Position numbers and translations under genes: made by a program. The notes under the pieces are model-generated. The model saw only the letters and a list, made by a program, of their open reading frames with translations. It was not told the origin of the DNA and made no database searches. A DNA stretch of 62,767 bases, filler included, from Nemertoderma westbladi (taxonomy: Eukaryota > Animalia > Xenacoelomorpha): assembly GCA_032718475.1 (NCBI GenBank). It is 3 parts of 3 records of this genome, joined end to end, with 100 filler letters (N's around TTAATTAATTAA, not from the genome) between each part and the next. Parts side by side here need not be neighbours in the genome. Positions count along the whole stretch, not along the records: positions 20,204 to 41,934 come from JAUCBJ010003983.1; 2 more parts are not named here. One strand, 5' to 3'. This document shows, piece by piece, positions 25,036 to 39,529 of the stretch. Position 1 is the first letter of the stretch. Every line of letters starts with the position of its first letter.

Positions 25036-25802
25036 AATAAAATAGTGGATAATATTAATGTTAAAAAGTTAAGAGGGGGGCTCAGCCTCGAACAGGTGTT
25101 TTCAGATATCGGTTTCTGCCAGATATTTCACATTATTAAATTATCCAGTTATAGTATTATTGCCTACCAGTGCAGTGCAGCGGTTTCTGTGAAATCCAAC
25201 AATCTGACTTTAGTATTCTATCATTCTTGTTAAAGTTGATTATATTATTTACAGATATAGTAAACTTTTACTATTTTTATCTGTAATTATTATAATAAAC
25301 CAGCTAAAAACCCTCAATATTTTGTTATATTTCTATCATCCATACACTATGACTATGACATGTAGTAAACCAGTATATATTGGTTGACAATATGCTGATG
25401 TAGCCAGTTTGAAGACATTAATTTTGATCCATTGCATTTTGATGACCTCCCATTAGTTAGTAAAATTCTCTCAACATGTTTCCCTATGGTTGCGATAAAA
25501 TTATATATTTTTTAATCGCATTTGTACTGTCTCTATATTCAAATTTGGAATAGCTGAAAACTTTTCGTATTAAATATAGTATTTTGCTGTTAAATTGACT
25601 AGTTTTGTTATCGGGGTACTGAAACCAAAGATAATAAAGAGTCTTACTAGAAATATGTAGTTTCTGGTTTATCGCAGCCACCAGTTTCTTAAGTTTCCGA
25701 GAAAAACATTTAACATGTTAACGCATTCTAAAATAATTTGAGTAAATCTGGTGGTTCCGGTATCATGAATTGCATCAATTTTAATTCAATTTATTTTTTT
25801 AG

Positions 25803-26140
25803 TCTTTCGTTGTTGTTGCAAGGAAAATGAAGACTGATACGATATTCCGATTCTCGGCCACCAGATCCTTGTGGTTACTAGACCCATTGAACCCGGTAAG
25901 GAAACTTGCCTGCTACATCGTGACCAACCAATTCTTTGACCTTTGCGTCATCCTTACCATCCTCACTAACTGTGTATTCCTTGCTTTAACTGAGGAGATT
26001 AAAGAAGCAGAGTGGGTGTTTCTCGGCTTATATTGCACAGAAATGATCCTCAAAATTACAGCAAGAGGATTTGTGGTGGATAAATACACATACCTCAGAG
26101 ATCTGTGGAACTGGCTTGATTTTGCAGTGATTATATTAGG
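25803..26140 (+). CDS. Internal coding exon of a four-domain voltage-gated sodium-type channel alpha subunit, Nav2/DSC1-like (end of N-terminus to domain I S3)
   Basis: Acceptor TTATTTTTTTAG| at 25802, donor |GTAAGT at 26141; translation SFVVVARKMKTDTIFRFSATRSLWLLDPLNPVRKLACYIVTNQFFDLCVILTILTNCVFLALTEEIKEAEWVFLGLYCTEMILKITARGFVVDKYTYLRDLWNWLDFAVIILG. FRFSA, ILTNC and YLRDxWNWLDF are Nav motifs; TNQFFD and the short S1-S2 linker resemble Nav2. Confidence 0.93.
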
Positions 26141-26411
26141 GTAAGTTAAGTTAGGTATTATATGAACGTAACATATTCTCCTAAGTCTCTGTAACTAAGT
26201 AACTGAGTAACTAAGTAACTGAATTGTTTAATTTGTTTGCAGAGATGCAACACGAGTGAATAATATAGAAATTTCTACTTTTTTTATTAGCTTCATTAGC
26301 TTAAATGGCTTGATAATCAATTAAAATATTATAAGGTTTATTACTAAAAAATAACTACATGTGCACGTTTTGGTGATTTTAGATAAAGCCATGATTGCCT
26401 CATCATAGGGG

Positions 26412-29400
26412 TTGGATGGGGAGGTTTGTGAGAACATTAGATGGTTGGAGTAATTGGATGGGGAGGTTTGTGAGAACATTAGATGGTTGGAGTAATTGGA
26501 TGGGGAAGTTTGTGAGAACATTAGATGGTTGGAGTAATTGGATGGGGAGGTTTGTGAGAACATTAGATGGTTGGAGTAATTGGATGGGGAGGTTTGTGAG
26601 AACATTAGATGGTTGGAGTAATTGGATGGGGAGGTTTGTGAGAACATTAGATGGTTGGAGTAATTGGATGGGGAGGTTTGTGAGAACATTAGATGGTTGG
26701 AGTAATTGGATGGGGAGGTTTGTGAGAACATTAGATGGTTGGAGTAATTGGATGGGGAGGTTTGTGAGAACATTAGATGGTTGGAGTAATTGGATGGGGA
26801 GGTTTGTGAGAACATTAGATGGTTGGAGTAATTGGATGGGGAGGTTTGTGAGAACATTAGATGGTTGGAGTAATTGGATGGGGAGGTTTGTGAGAACATT
26901 AGATGGTTGGAGTAATTGGATGGGGAGCTTTGTGAGAACATTAGATGGTTGGAGTAATTGGATGGGGAGGTTTGTGAGAACATTAGATGGTTGGAGTAAT
27001 TGGATGGGGAGGTTTGTGAGAACATTAGATGGTTGGAGTAATTGGATGGGGAGGTTTGTGAGAACATTAGATGGTTGGAGTAATTGGATGGGGAAGTTTG
27101 TGAGAACATTAGATGGTTGGAGTAATTGGCTTGGGAGGTTTGTGAGAACATTAGATGGTTGGAGTAATTGGATGGGGAGGTTTGTGAGAACATTAGATGG
27201 TTGGAGTAATTGGATGGGGAGGTTTGTGAGAACATTAGATGGTTGGAGTAATTGGATGGGGAGGTTTGTGAGAACATTAGATGGTTGGAGTAATTGGATG
27301 GGGAGGTTTGTGAGAACATTAGATGGTTGGAGTAATTGGATGGGGAGGTTTGTGAGAACATTAGATGGTTGGAGTAATTGGATGGGGAGGTTTGTGAGAA
27401 CATTAGATGGTTGGAGTAATTGGATGGGGAGCTTTGTGAGAACATTAGATGGTTGGAGTAATTGGATGGGGAGGTTTGTGAGAACATTAGATGGTTGGAG
27501 TAATTGGATGGGGAGGTTTGTGAGAACATTATATGGTTGGAGTAATTGGATGGGGAGGTTTGTGAGAACATTAGATGGTTGGAGTAATTGGATGGGGAGG
27601 TTTGTGAGAACATTAGATGGTTGGAGTAATTGGATGGGGAGGGGAGGTTTGTGAGAACATTAGATGGTTGGAGTAATTGGATGGGGAGGGGAGGTTTGTG
27701 AGAACATTAGATGGTTGGAGTAATTGGATGGGGAGGTTTGTGAGAACATTAGATGGTTGGAGTAATTGGATGGGGAGGTTTGTGAGAAAATTAGATGGTT
27801 GGAGTAATTGGATGGGGAGGTTTGTGAGAACATTAGATGGTTGGAGTAATTGGATGGGGAGGTTTGTGAGAAAATTAGATGGTTGGAGTAATTGGATGGG
27901 GAGGTTTGTGAGAACATTAGATGGTTGGAGTAATTGGATGGGGAGGTTTGTGAGAACATTAGATGGTTGGAGTAATTGGATGGGGAGGTTTGTGAGAAAA
28001 TTAGATGGTTGGAGTAATTGGATGGGGAGGTTTGTGAGAACATTAGATGGTTGGAGTAATTGGATGGGGAGGTTTGTGAGAAAATTAGATGGTTGGAGTA
28101 ATTGGATGGGGAGGTTTGTGAGAACATTAGATGGTTGGAGTAATTGGATGGGGAGGTTTGTGAGAAAATTAGATGGTTGGAGTAATTGGATGGGGAGGTT
28201 TGTGAGAAAATTAGATGGTTGGAGTAATTGGATGGGGAGGTTTGTGAGAACATTAGATGGTTGGAGTAATTGGATGGGGAGGTTTGTGAGAACATTAGAT
28301 GGTTGGAGTAATTGGATGGGGAGGTTTGTGAGAACATTAGATGGTTGGAGTAATTGGATGGGGAGGTTTGTGAGAACATTAGATGGTTGGAGTAATTGGA
28401 TGGGGAGGTTTGTGAGAACATTAGATGGTTGGAGTAATTGGATGGGGAGGTTTGTGAGAACATTAGATGGTTGGAGTAATTGGATGGGGAGGTTTGTGAG
28501 AACATTAGATGGTTGGAGTAATTGGATGGGGAGGTTTGTGAGAACATTAGATGGTTGGAGTAATTGGATGGGGAGGTTTGTGAGAACATTAGATGGTTGG
28601 AGTAATTGGATGGGGAGGTTTGTGAGAACATTAGATGGTTGGAGTAATTGGATGGGGAGGTTTGTGAGAACATTAGATGGTTGGAGTAATTGGATGGGGA
28701 GGTTTGTGAGAACATTAGATGGTTGGAGTAATTGGATGGGGAGGTTTGTGAGAACATTAGATGGTTGGAGTAATTGGATGGGGAGGTTTGTGAGAACATT
28801 AGATGGTTGGAGTAATTGGATGGGGAGGTTTGTGAGAAAATTAGATGGTTGGAGTAATTGGATGGGGAGCTTTGTGAGAACATTAGATGGTTGGAGTAAT
28901 TGGATGGGGAGGTTTGTGAGAACATTAGATGGTTGGAGTAATTGGATGGGGAGGTTTGTGAGAACATTAGATGGTTGGAGTAATTGGATGGGGAGGTTTG
29001 TGAGAACATTAGATGGTTGGAGTAATTGGATGGGGAGGTTTGTGAGAAAATTAGATGGTTGGAGTAATTGGATGGGGAGGTTTGTGAGAACATTAGATGG
29101 TTGGAGTAATTGGATGGGGAGCTTTGTGAGAACATTAGATGGTTGGAGTAATTGGATGGGGAGGTTTGTGAGAACATTAGATGGTTGGAGTAATTGGATG
29201 GGGAGGTTTGTGAGAACATTAGATGGTTGGAGTAATTGGATGGGGAGGTTTGTGAGAACATTAGATGGTTGGAGTAATTGGATGGGGAGGTTTGTGAGAA
29301 CATTAGATGGTTGGAGTAATTGGATGGGGAGGTTTGTGAGAACATTAGATGGTTGGAGTAATTGGATGGGGAGGTTTGTGAGAACATTAGATGGTTGGAG

Positions 29401-32400
29401 TAATTGGATGGGGAGCTTTGTGAGAACATTAGATGGTTGGAGTAATTGGATGGGGAGGTTTGTGAGAACATTAGATGGTTGGAGTAATTGGATGGGGAGG
29501 TTTGTGAGAACATTAGATGGTTGGAGTAATTGGATGGGGAGGTTTGTGAGAACATTAGATGGTTGGAGTAATTGGATGGGGAGGTTTGTGAGAAAATTAG
29601 ATGGTTGGAGTAATTGGATGGGGAGCTTTGTGAGAACATTATATGGTTGGAGTAATTGGATGGGGAGGTTTGTGAGAACATTAGATGGTTGGAGTAATTG
29701 GATGGGGAGGTTTGTGAGAACATTAGATGGTTGGAGTAATTGGATGGGGAGGTTTGTGAGAACATTAGATGGTTGGAGTAATTGGATGGGGAGGTTTGTG
29801 AGAAAATTAGATGGTTGGAGTAATTGGATGGGGAGGTTTGTGAGAAAATTAGATGGTTGGAGTAATTGGATGGGGAGGTTTGTGAGAAAATTAGATGGTT
29901 GGAGTAATTGGATGGGGAGGTTTGTGAGAACATTAGATGGTTGGAGTAATTGGATGGGGAGGTTTGTGAGAACATTAGATGGTTGGAGTAATTGGATGGG
30001 GAGGTTTGTGAGAACATTAGATGGTTGGAGTAATTGGATGGGGAGGTTTGTGAGAAAATTAGATGGTTGGAGTAATTGGATGGGGAGCTTTGTGAGAACA
30101 TTATATGGTTGGAGTAATTGGATGGGGAGGTTTGTGAGAACATTATATGGTTGGAGTAATTGGATGGGGAGGTTTGTGAGAACATTAGATGGTTGGAGTA
30201 ATTGGATGGGGAGGTTTGTGAGAACATTAGATGGTTGGAGTAATTGGATGGGGAGGTTTGTGAGAACATTAGATGGTTGGAGTAATTGGATGGGGAGGTT
30301 TGTGAGAACATTAGATGGTTGGAGTAATTGGATGGGGAGGTTTGTGAGAACATTAGATGGTTGGAGTAATTGGATGGGGAGGTTTGTGAGAACATTAGAT
30401 GGTTGGAGTAATTGGATGGGGAGGTTTGTGAGAACATTAGATGGTTGGAGTAATTGGATGGGGAGGTTTGTGAGAACATTAGATGGTTGGAGTAATTGGA
30501 TGGGGAGGTTTGTGAGAACATTAGATGGTTGGAGTAATTGGATGGGGAGGTTTGTGAGAACATTAGATGGTTGGAGTAATTGGATGGGGAGGTTTGTGAG
30601 AACATTATATGGTTGGAGTAATTGGATGGGGAGGTTTGTGAGAGCATTAGATGGTTGGAGTAATTGGATGGGGAGCTTTGTGAGAACATTAGATGGTTGG
30701 AGTAATTGGATGGGGAGGTTTGTGAGAACATTAGATGGTTGGAGTAATTGGATGGGGAGGTTTGTGAGAAAATTAGATGGTTGGAGTAATTGGATGGGGA
30801 GCTTTGTGAGAACATTATATGGTTGGAGTAATTGGATGGGGAGGTTTGTGAGAGCATTAGATGGTTGGAGTAATTGGATGGGGAGGTTTGTGAGAACATT
30901 AGATGGTTGGAGTAATTGGATGGGGAGGTTTGTGAGAAAATTAGATGGTTGGAGTAATTGGATGGGGAGCTTTGTGAGAGCATTAGATGGTTGGAGTAAT
31001 TGGATGGGGAGGTTTGTGAGAACATTAGATGGTTGGAGTAATTGGATGGGGAGGTTTGTGAGAAAATTAGATGGTTGGAGTAATTGGATGGGGAGGTTTG
31101 TGAGAAAATTAGATGGTTGGAGTAATTGGATGGGGAGCTTTGTGAGAGCATTAGATGGTTGGAGTAATTGGATGGGGAGGTTTGTGAGAACATTAGATGG
31201 TTGGAGTAATTGGATGGGGAGGTTTGTGAGAACATTAGATGGTTGGAGTAATTGGATGGGGAGGTTTGTGAGAACATTAGATGGTTGGAGTAATTGGATG
31301 GGGAGGTTTGTGAGAACATTAGATGGTTGGAGTAATTGGATGGGGAGGTTTGTGAGAACATTAGATGGTTGGAGTAATTGGATGGGGAGGTTTGTGAGAA
31401 CATTAGATGGTTGGAGTAATTGGATGGGGAGGTTTGTGAGAACATTAGATGGTTGGAGTAATTGGATGGGGAGGTTTGTGAGAACATTAGATGGTTGGAG
31501 TAATTGGATGGGGAGGTTTGTGAGAACATTATATGGTTGGAGTAATTGGATGGGGAGGTTTGTGAGAGCATTAGATGGTTGGAGTAATTGGATGGGGAGG
31601 TTTGTGAGAACATTAGATGGTTGGAGTAATTGGATGGGGAGGTTTGTGAGAACATTAGATGGTTGGAGTAATTGGATGGGGAGGTTTGTGAGAAAATTAG
31701 ATGGTTGGAGTAATTGGATGGGGAGGTTTGTGAGAACATTAGATGGTTGGAGTAATTGGATGGGGAGGTTTGTGAGAACATTAGATGGTTGGAGTAATTG
31801 GATGGGGAGGTTTGTGAGAACATTAGATGGTTGGAGTAATTGGATGGGGAGGTTTGTGAGAAAATTAGATGGTTGGAGTAATTGGATGGGGAGCTTTGTG
31901 AGAGCATTAGATGGTTGGAGTAATTGGATGGGGAGGTTTGTGAGAACATTAGATGGTTGGAGTAATTGGATGGGGAGGTTTGTGAGAACATTAGATGGTT
32001 GGAGTAATTGGATGGGGAGGTTTGTGAGAACATTAGATGGTTGGAGTAATTGGATGGGGAGGTTTGTGAGAACATTAGATGGTTGGAGTAATTGGATGGG
32101 GAGGTTTGTGAGAACATTAGATGGTTGGAGTAATTGGATGGGGAGGTTTGTGAGAACATTAGATGGTTGGAGTAATTGGATGGGGAGGTTTGTGAGAACA
32201 TTAGATGGTTGGAGTAATTGGATGGGGAGGTTTGTGAGAACATTAGATGGTTGGAGTAATTGGATGGGGAGGTTTGTGAGAACATTAGATGGTTGGAGTA
32301 ATTGGATGGGGAGGTTTGTGAGAACATTAGATGGTTGGAGTAATTGGATGGGGAGGTTTGTGAGAACATTAGATGGTTGGAGTAATTGGATGGGGAGGTT

Positions 32401-35400
32401 TGTGAGAACATTAGATGGTTGGAGTAATTGGATGGGGAGGTTTGTGAGAGCATTAGATGGTTGGAGTAATTGGATGGGGAGCTTTGTGAGAACATTAGAT
32501 GGTTGGAGTAATTGGATGGGGAGGTTTGTGAGAACATTAGATGGTTGGAGTAATTGGATGGGGAGGTTTGTGAGAACATTAGATGGTTGGAGTAATTGGA
32601 TGGGGAGGTTTGTGAGAACATTAGATGGTTGGAGTAATTGGATGGGGAGGTTTGTGAGAACATTAGATGGTTGGAGTAATTGGATGGGGAGGTTTGTGAG
32701 AACATTAGATGGTTGGAGTAATTGGATGGGGAGGTTTGTGAGAACATTAGATGGTTGGAGTAATTGGATGGGGAGGTTTGTGAGAACATTAGATGGTTGG
32801 AGTAATTGGATGGGGAGGTTTGTGAGAACATTAGATGGTTGGAGTAATTGGATGGGGAGGTTTGTGAGAACATTAGATGGTTGGAGTAATTGGATGGGGA
32901 GGTTTGTGAGAACATTAGATGGTTGGAGTAATTGGATGGGGAGGTTTGTGAGAACATTAGATGGTTGGAGTAATTGGATGGGGAGGTTTGTGAGAACATT
33001 AGATGGTTGGAGTAATTGGATGGGGAGGTTTGTGAGAACATTAGATGGTTGGAGTAATTGGATGGGGAGGTTTGTGAGAACATTAGATGGTTGGAGTAAT
33101 TGGATGGGGAGGTTTGTGAGAGCATTAGATGGTTGGAGTAATTGGATGGGGAGCTTTGTGAGAACATTAGATGGTTGGAGTAATTGGATGGGGAGGTTTG
33201 TGAGAACATTAGATGGTTGGAGTAATTGGATGGGGAGGTTTGTGAGAAAATTAGATGGTTGGAGTAATTGGATGGGGAGCTTTGTGAGAACATTATATGG
33301 TTGGAGTAATTGGATGGGGAGGTTTGTGAGAGCATTAGATGGTTGGAGTAATTGGATGGGGAGGTTTGTGAGAACATTAGATGGTTGGAGTAATTGGATG
33401 GGGAGGTTTGTGAGAAAATTAGATGGTTGGAGTAATTGGATGGGGAGCTTTGTGAGAGCATTAGATGGTTGGAGTAATTGGATGGGGAGGTTTGTGAGAG
33501 CATTAGATGGTTGGAGTAATTGGATGGGGAGGTTTGTGAGAACATTAGATGGTTGGAGTAATTGGATGGGGAGGTTTGTGAGAAAATTAGATGGTTGGAG
33601 TAATTGGATGGGGAGCTTTGTGAGAACATTAGATGGTTGGAGTAATTGGATGGGGAGGTTTGTGAGAGCATTAGATGGTTGGAGTAATTGGATGGGGAGC
33701 TTTGTGAGAACATTAGATGGTTGGAGTAATTGGATGGGGAGGTTTGTGAGAACATTAGATGGTTGGAGTAATTGGATGGGGAGGTTTGTGAGAACATTAG
33801 ATGGTTGGAGTAATTGGATGGGGAGGTTTGTGAGAACATTAGATGGTTGGAGTAATTGGATGGGGAGGTTTGTGAGAACATTAGATGGTTGGAGTAATTG
33901 GATGGGGAGGTTTGTGAGAACATTAGATGGTTGGAGTAATTGGATGGGGAGGTTTGTGAGAACATTAGATGGTTGGAGTAATTGGATGGGGAGGTTTGTG
34001 AGAACATTAGATGGTTGGAGTAATTGGATGGGGAGGTTTGTGAGAACATTAGATGGTTGGAGTAATTGGATGGGGAGGTTTGTGAGAACATTAGATGGTT
34101 GGAGTAATTGGATGGGGAGGTTTGTGAGAACATTAGATGGTTGGAGTAATTGGATGGGGAGGTTTGTGAGAACATTAGATGGTTGGAGTAATTGGATGGG
34201 GAGGTTTGTGAGAACATTAGATGGTTGGAGTAATTGGATGGGGAGGTTTGTGAGAACATTAGATGGTTGGAGTAATTGGATGGGGAGGTTTGTGAGAACA
34301 TTAGATGGTTGGAGTAATTGGATGGGGAGGTTTGTGAGAACATTAGATGGTTGGAGTAATTGGATGGGGAGGTTTGTGAGAACATTAGATGGTTGGAGTA
34401 ATTGGATGGGGAGGTTTGTGAGAACATTAGATGGTTGGAGTAATTGGATGGGGAGGTTTGTGAGAACATTAGATGGTTGGAGTAATTGGATGGGGAGGTT
34501 TGTGAGAACATTAGATGGTTGGAGTAATTGGATGGGGAGGTTTGTGAGAACATTAGATGGTTGGAGTAATTGGATGGGGAGGTTTGTGAGAACATTAGAT
34601 GGTTGGAGTAATTGGATGGGGAGGTTTGTGAGAACATTAGATGGTTGGAGTAATTGGATGGGGAGGTTTGTGAGAACATTAGATGGTTGGAGTAATTGGA
34701 TGGGGAGGTTTGTGAGAACATTAGATGGTTGGAGTAATTGGATGGGGAGGTTTGTGAGAACATTAGATGGTTGGAGTAATTGGATGGGGAGGTTTGTGAG
34801 AACATTAGATGGTTGGAGTAATTGGATGGGGAGGTTTGTGAGAACATTAGATGGTTGGAGTAATTGGATGGGGAGGTTTGTGAGAACATTAGATGGTTGG
34901 AGTAATTGGATGGGGAGGTTTGTGAGAACATTAGATGGTTGGAGTAATTGGATGGGGAGGTTTGTGAGAACATTAGATGGTTGGAGTAATTGGATGGGGA
35001 GGTTTGTGAGAACATTAGATGGTTGGAGTAATTGGATGGGGAGGTTTGTGAGAACATTAGATGGTTGGAGTAATTGGATGGGGAGGTTTGTGAGAACATT
35101 AGATGGTTGGAGTAATTGGATGGGGAGGTTTGTGAGAACATTAGATGGTTGGAGTAATTGGATGGGGAGGTTTGTGAGAACATTAGATGGTTGGAGTAAT
35201 TGGATGGGGAGGTTTGTGAGAACATTAGATGGTTGGAGTAATTGGATGGGGAGGTTTGTGAGAACATTAGATGGTTGGAGTAATTGGATGGGGAGGTTTG
35301 TGAGAACATTAGATGGTTGGAGTAATTGGATGGGGAGGTTTGTGAGAACATTAGATGGTTGGAGTAATTGGATGGGGAGGTTTGTGAGAACATTAGATGG

Positions 35401-38400
35401 TTGGAGTAATTGGATGGGGAGGTTTGTGAGAACATTAGATGGTTGGAGTAATTGGATGGGGAGGTTTGTGAGAACATTAGATGGTTGGAGTAATTGGATG
35501 GGGAGGTTTGTGAGAACATTAGATGGTTGGAGTAATTGGATGGGGAGGTTTGTGAGAACATTAGATGGTTGGAGTAATTGGATGGGGAGGTTTGTGAGAA
35601 CATTAGATGGTTGGAGTAATTGGATGGGGAGGTTTGTGAGAACATTAGATGGTTGGAGTAATTGGATGGGGAGGTTTGTGAGAACATTAGATGGTTGGAG
35701 TAATTGGATGGGGAGGTTTGTGAGAACATTAGATGGTTGGAGTAATTGGATGGGGAGGTTTGTGAGAACATTAGATGGTTGGAGTAATTGGATGGGGAGG
35801 TTTGTGAGAACATTAGATGGTTGGAGTAATTGGATGGGGAGGTTTGTGAGAACATTAGATGGTTGGAGTAATTGGATGGGGAGGTTTGTGAGAACATTAG
35901 ATGGTTGGAGTAATTGGATGGGGAGGTTTGTGAGAACATTAGATGGTTGGAGTAATTGGATGGGGAGGTTTGTGAGAACATTAGATGGTTGGAGTAATTG
36001 GATGGGGAGGTTTGTGAGAACATTAGATGGTTGGAGTAATTGGATGGGGAGGTTTGTGAGAACATTAGATGGTTGGAGTAATTGGATGGGGAGGTTTGTG
36101 AGAACATTAGATGGTTGGAGTAATTGGATGGGGAGGTTTGTGAGAACATTAGATGGTTGGAGTAATTGGATGGGGAGGTTTGTGAGAACATTAGATGGTT
36201 GGAGTAATTGGATGGGGAGGTTTGTGAGAACATTAGATGGTTGGAGTAATTGGATGGGGAGGTTTGTGAGAACATTAGATGGTTGGAGTAATTGGATGGG
36301 GAGGTTTGTGAGAACATTAGATGGTTGGAGTAATTGGATGGGGAGGTTTGTGAGAACATTAGATGGTTGGAGTAATTGGATGGGGAGGTTTGTGAGAACA
36401 TTAGATGGTTGGAGTAATTGGATGGGGAGGTTTGTGAGAACATTAGATGGTTGGAGTAATTGGATGGGGAGGTTTGTGAGAACATTAGATGGTTGGAGTA
36501 ATTGGATGGGGAGGTTTGTGAGAACATTAGATGGTTGGAGTAATTGGATGGGGAGGTTTGTGAGAACATTAGATGGTTGGAGTAATTGGATGGGGAGGTT
36601 TGTGAGAACATTAGATGGTTGGAGTAATTGGATGGGGAGGTTTGTGAGAACATTAGATGGTTGGAGTAATTGGATGGGGAGGTTTGTGAGAACATTAGAT
36701 GGTTGGAGTAATTGGATGGGGAGGTTTGTGAGAACATTAGATGGTTGGAGTAATTGGATGGGGAGGTTTGTGAGAACATTAGATGGTTGGAGTAATTGGA
36801 TGGGGAGGTTTGTGAGAACATTAGATGGTTGGAGTAATTGGATGGGGAGGTTTGTGAGAACATTAGATGGTTGGAGTAATTGGATGGGGAGGTTTGTGAG
36901 AACATTAGATGGTTGGAGTAATTGGATGGGGAGGTTTGTGAGAACATTAGATGGTTGGAGTAATTGGATGGGGAGGTTTGTGAGAACATTAGATGGTTGG
37001 AGTAATTGGATGGGGAGGTTTGTGAGAACATTAGATGGTTGGAGTAATTGGATGGGGAGGTTTGTGAGAACATTAGATGGTTGGAGTAATTGGATGGGGA
37101 GGTTTGTGAGAACATTAGATGGTTGGAGTAATTGGATGGGGAGGTTTGTGAGAACATTAGATGGTTGGAGTAATTGGATGGGGAGGTTTGTGAGAACATT
37201 AGATGGTTGGAGTAATTGGATGGGGAGGTTTGTGAGAACATTAGATGGTTGGAGTAATTGGATGGGGAGCTTTGTGAGAACATTAGATGGTTGGAGTAAT
37301 TGGATGGGGAGGTTTGTGAGAACATTAGATGGTTGGAGTAATTGGATGGGGAGGTTTGTGAGAACATTAGATGGTTGGAGTAATTGGATGGGGAGGTTTG
37401 TGAGAACATTAGATGGTTGGAGTAATTGGATGGGGAGGTTTGTGAGAACATTAGATGGTTGGAGTAATTGGATGGGGAGGTTTGTGAGAACATTAGATGG
37501 TTGGAGTAATTGGATGGGGAGGTTTGTGAGAACATTAGATGGTTGGAGTAATTGGATGGGGAGCTTTGTGAGAACATTAGATGGTTGGAGTAATTGGATG
37601 GGGAGGTTTGTGAGAACATTAGATGGTTGGAGTAATTGGATGGGGAGGTTTGTGAGAACATTAGATGGTTGGAGTAATTGGATGGGGAGGTTTGTGAGAA
37701 CATTAGATGGTTGGAGTAATTGGATTGGGAGGTTTGTGAGAACATTAGATGGTTGGAGTAATTGGATGGGGAGGTTTGTGAGAACATTAGATGGTTGGAG
37801 TAATTGGATGGGGAGGTTTGTGAGAACATTAGATGGTTGGAGTAATTGGATGGGGAGGTTTGTGAGAACATTAGATGGTTGGAGTAATTGGATGGGGAGG
37901 TTTGTGAGAACATTAGATGGTTGGAGTAATTGGATGGGGAGGTTTGTGAGAACATTAGATGGTTGGAGTAATTGGATGGGGAGGTTTGTGAGAACATTAG
38001 ATGGTTGGAGTAATTGGATGGGGAGGTTTGTGAGAACATTAGATGGTTGGAGTAATTGGATGGGGAGGTTTGTGAGAACATTAGATGGTTGGAGTAATTG
38101 GATGGGGAGGTTTGTGAGAACATTAGATGGTTGGAGTAATTGGATGGGGAGGTTTGTGAGAACATTAGATGGTTGGAGTAATTGGATGGGGAGCTTTGTG
38201 AGAACATTAGATGGTTGGAGTAATTGGATGGGGAGGTTTGTGAGAACATTAGATGGTTGGAGTAATTGGATGGGGAGGTTTGTGAGAACATTAGATGGTT
38301 GTAGTAATTGGATGGAGAGGTTTGTGAGAACATTAGATGGTTGGAGTAATTGGATGGGGAGGTTTGTGAGAACATTAGATGGTTGGAGTAATTGGATGGG

Positions 38401-39529
38401 GAGGTTTGTGAGAACATTAGATGGTTGGAGTAATTGGATGGGGAGCTTTGTGAGAACATTAGATGGTTGGAGTAATTGGATGGGGAGCTTTGTGAGAACA
38501 TTAGATGGTTGGAGTAATTGGATGGGGAGCTTTGTGAGAACATTAGATGGTTGGAGTAATTGGATGGGGAGCTTTGTGAGAACATTAGATGGTTGGAGTA
38601 ATTGGATGGGGAGGTTTGTGAGAACATTAGATGGTTGGAGTAATTGGATGGGGAGCTTTGTGAGAACATTATATGGTTGGAGTAATTGGATGGGGAGGTT
38701 TGTGAGAACATTAGATGGTTGGAGTAATTGGATGGGGAGGTTTGTGAGAACATTAGATGGTTGGAGTAATTGGATGGGGAGGTTTGTGAGAAAATTAGAT
38801 GGTTGGAGTAATTGGATGGGGAGGTTTGTGAGAAAATTAGATGGTTGGAGTAATTGGATGGGGAGGTTTGTGAGAAAATTAGATGGTTGGAGTAATTGGA
38901 TGGGGAGGTTTGTGAGAACATTAGATGGTTGGAGTAATTGGATGGGGAGGGGAGGTTTGTGAGAACATTAGATGGTTGGAGTAATTGGATGGGGAGGTTT
39001 GTGAGAACATTAGATGGTTGGAGTAATTGGATGGGGAGGTTTGTGAGAACATTAGATGGTTGGAGTAATTGGATGGGGAGGTTTGTGAGAACATTAGATG
39101 GTTGGAGTAATTGGATGGGGAGCTTTGTGAGAACATTATATGGTTGGAGTAATTGGATGGGGAGGTTTGTGAGAACATTAGATGGTTGGAGTAATTGGAT
39201 GGGGAGGTTTGTGAGAACATTAGATGGTTGGAGTAATTGGATGGGGAGGTTTGTGAGAACATTAGATGGTTGGAGTAATTGGATGGGGAGGTTTGTGAGA
39301 ACATTAGATGGTTGGAGTAATTGGATGGGGAGGTTTGTGAGAACATTAGATGGTTGGAGTAATTGGATGGGGAGGTTTGTGAGAACATTAGATGGTTGGA
39401 GTAATTGGATGGGGAGGTTTGTGAGAACATTAGATGGTTGGAGTAATTGGATGGGGAAGTTTGTGAGAACATTAGATGGTTGGAGTAATTGGATGGGGAG
39501 GTTTGTGAGAACATTAGATGGTTGGAGTA
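26412..39529. repeat. G-rich minisatellite, 42-bp unit, ~312 copies (13.1 kb), intronic
   Basis: GAGGTTTGTGAGAACATTAGATGGTTGGAGTAATTGGATGGG repeated; starts ~270 bp after the channel exon donor. Confidence 0.99.
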
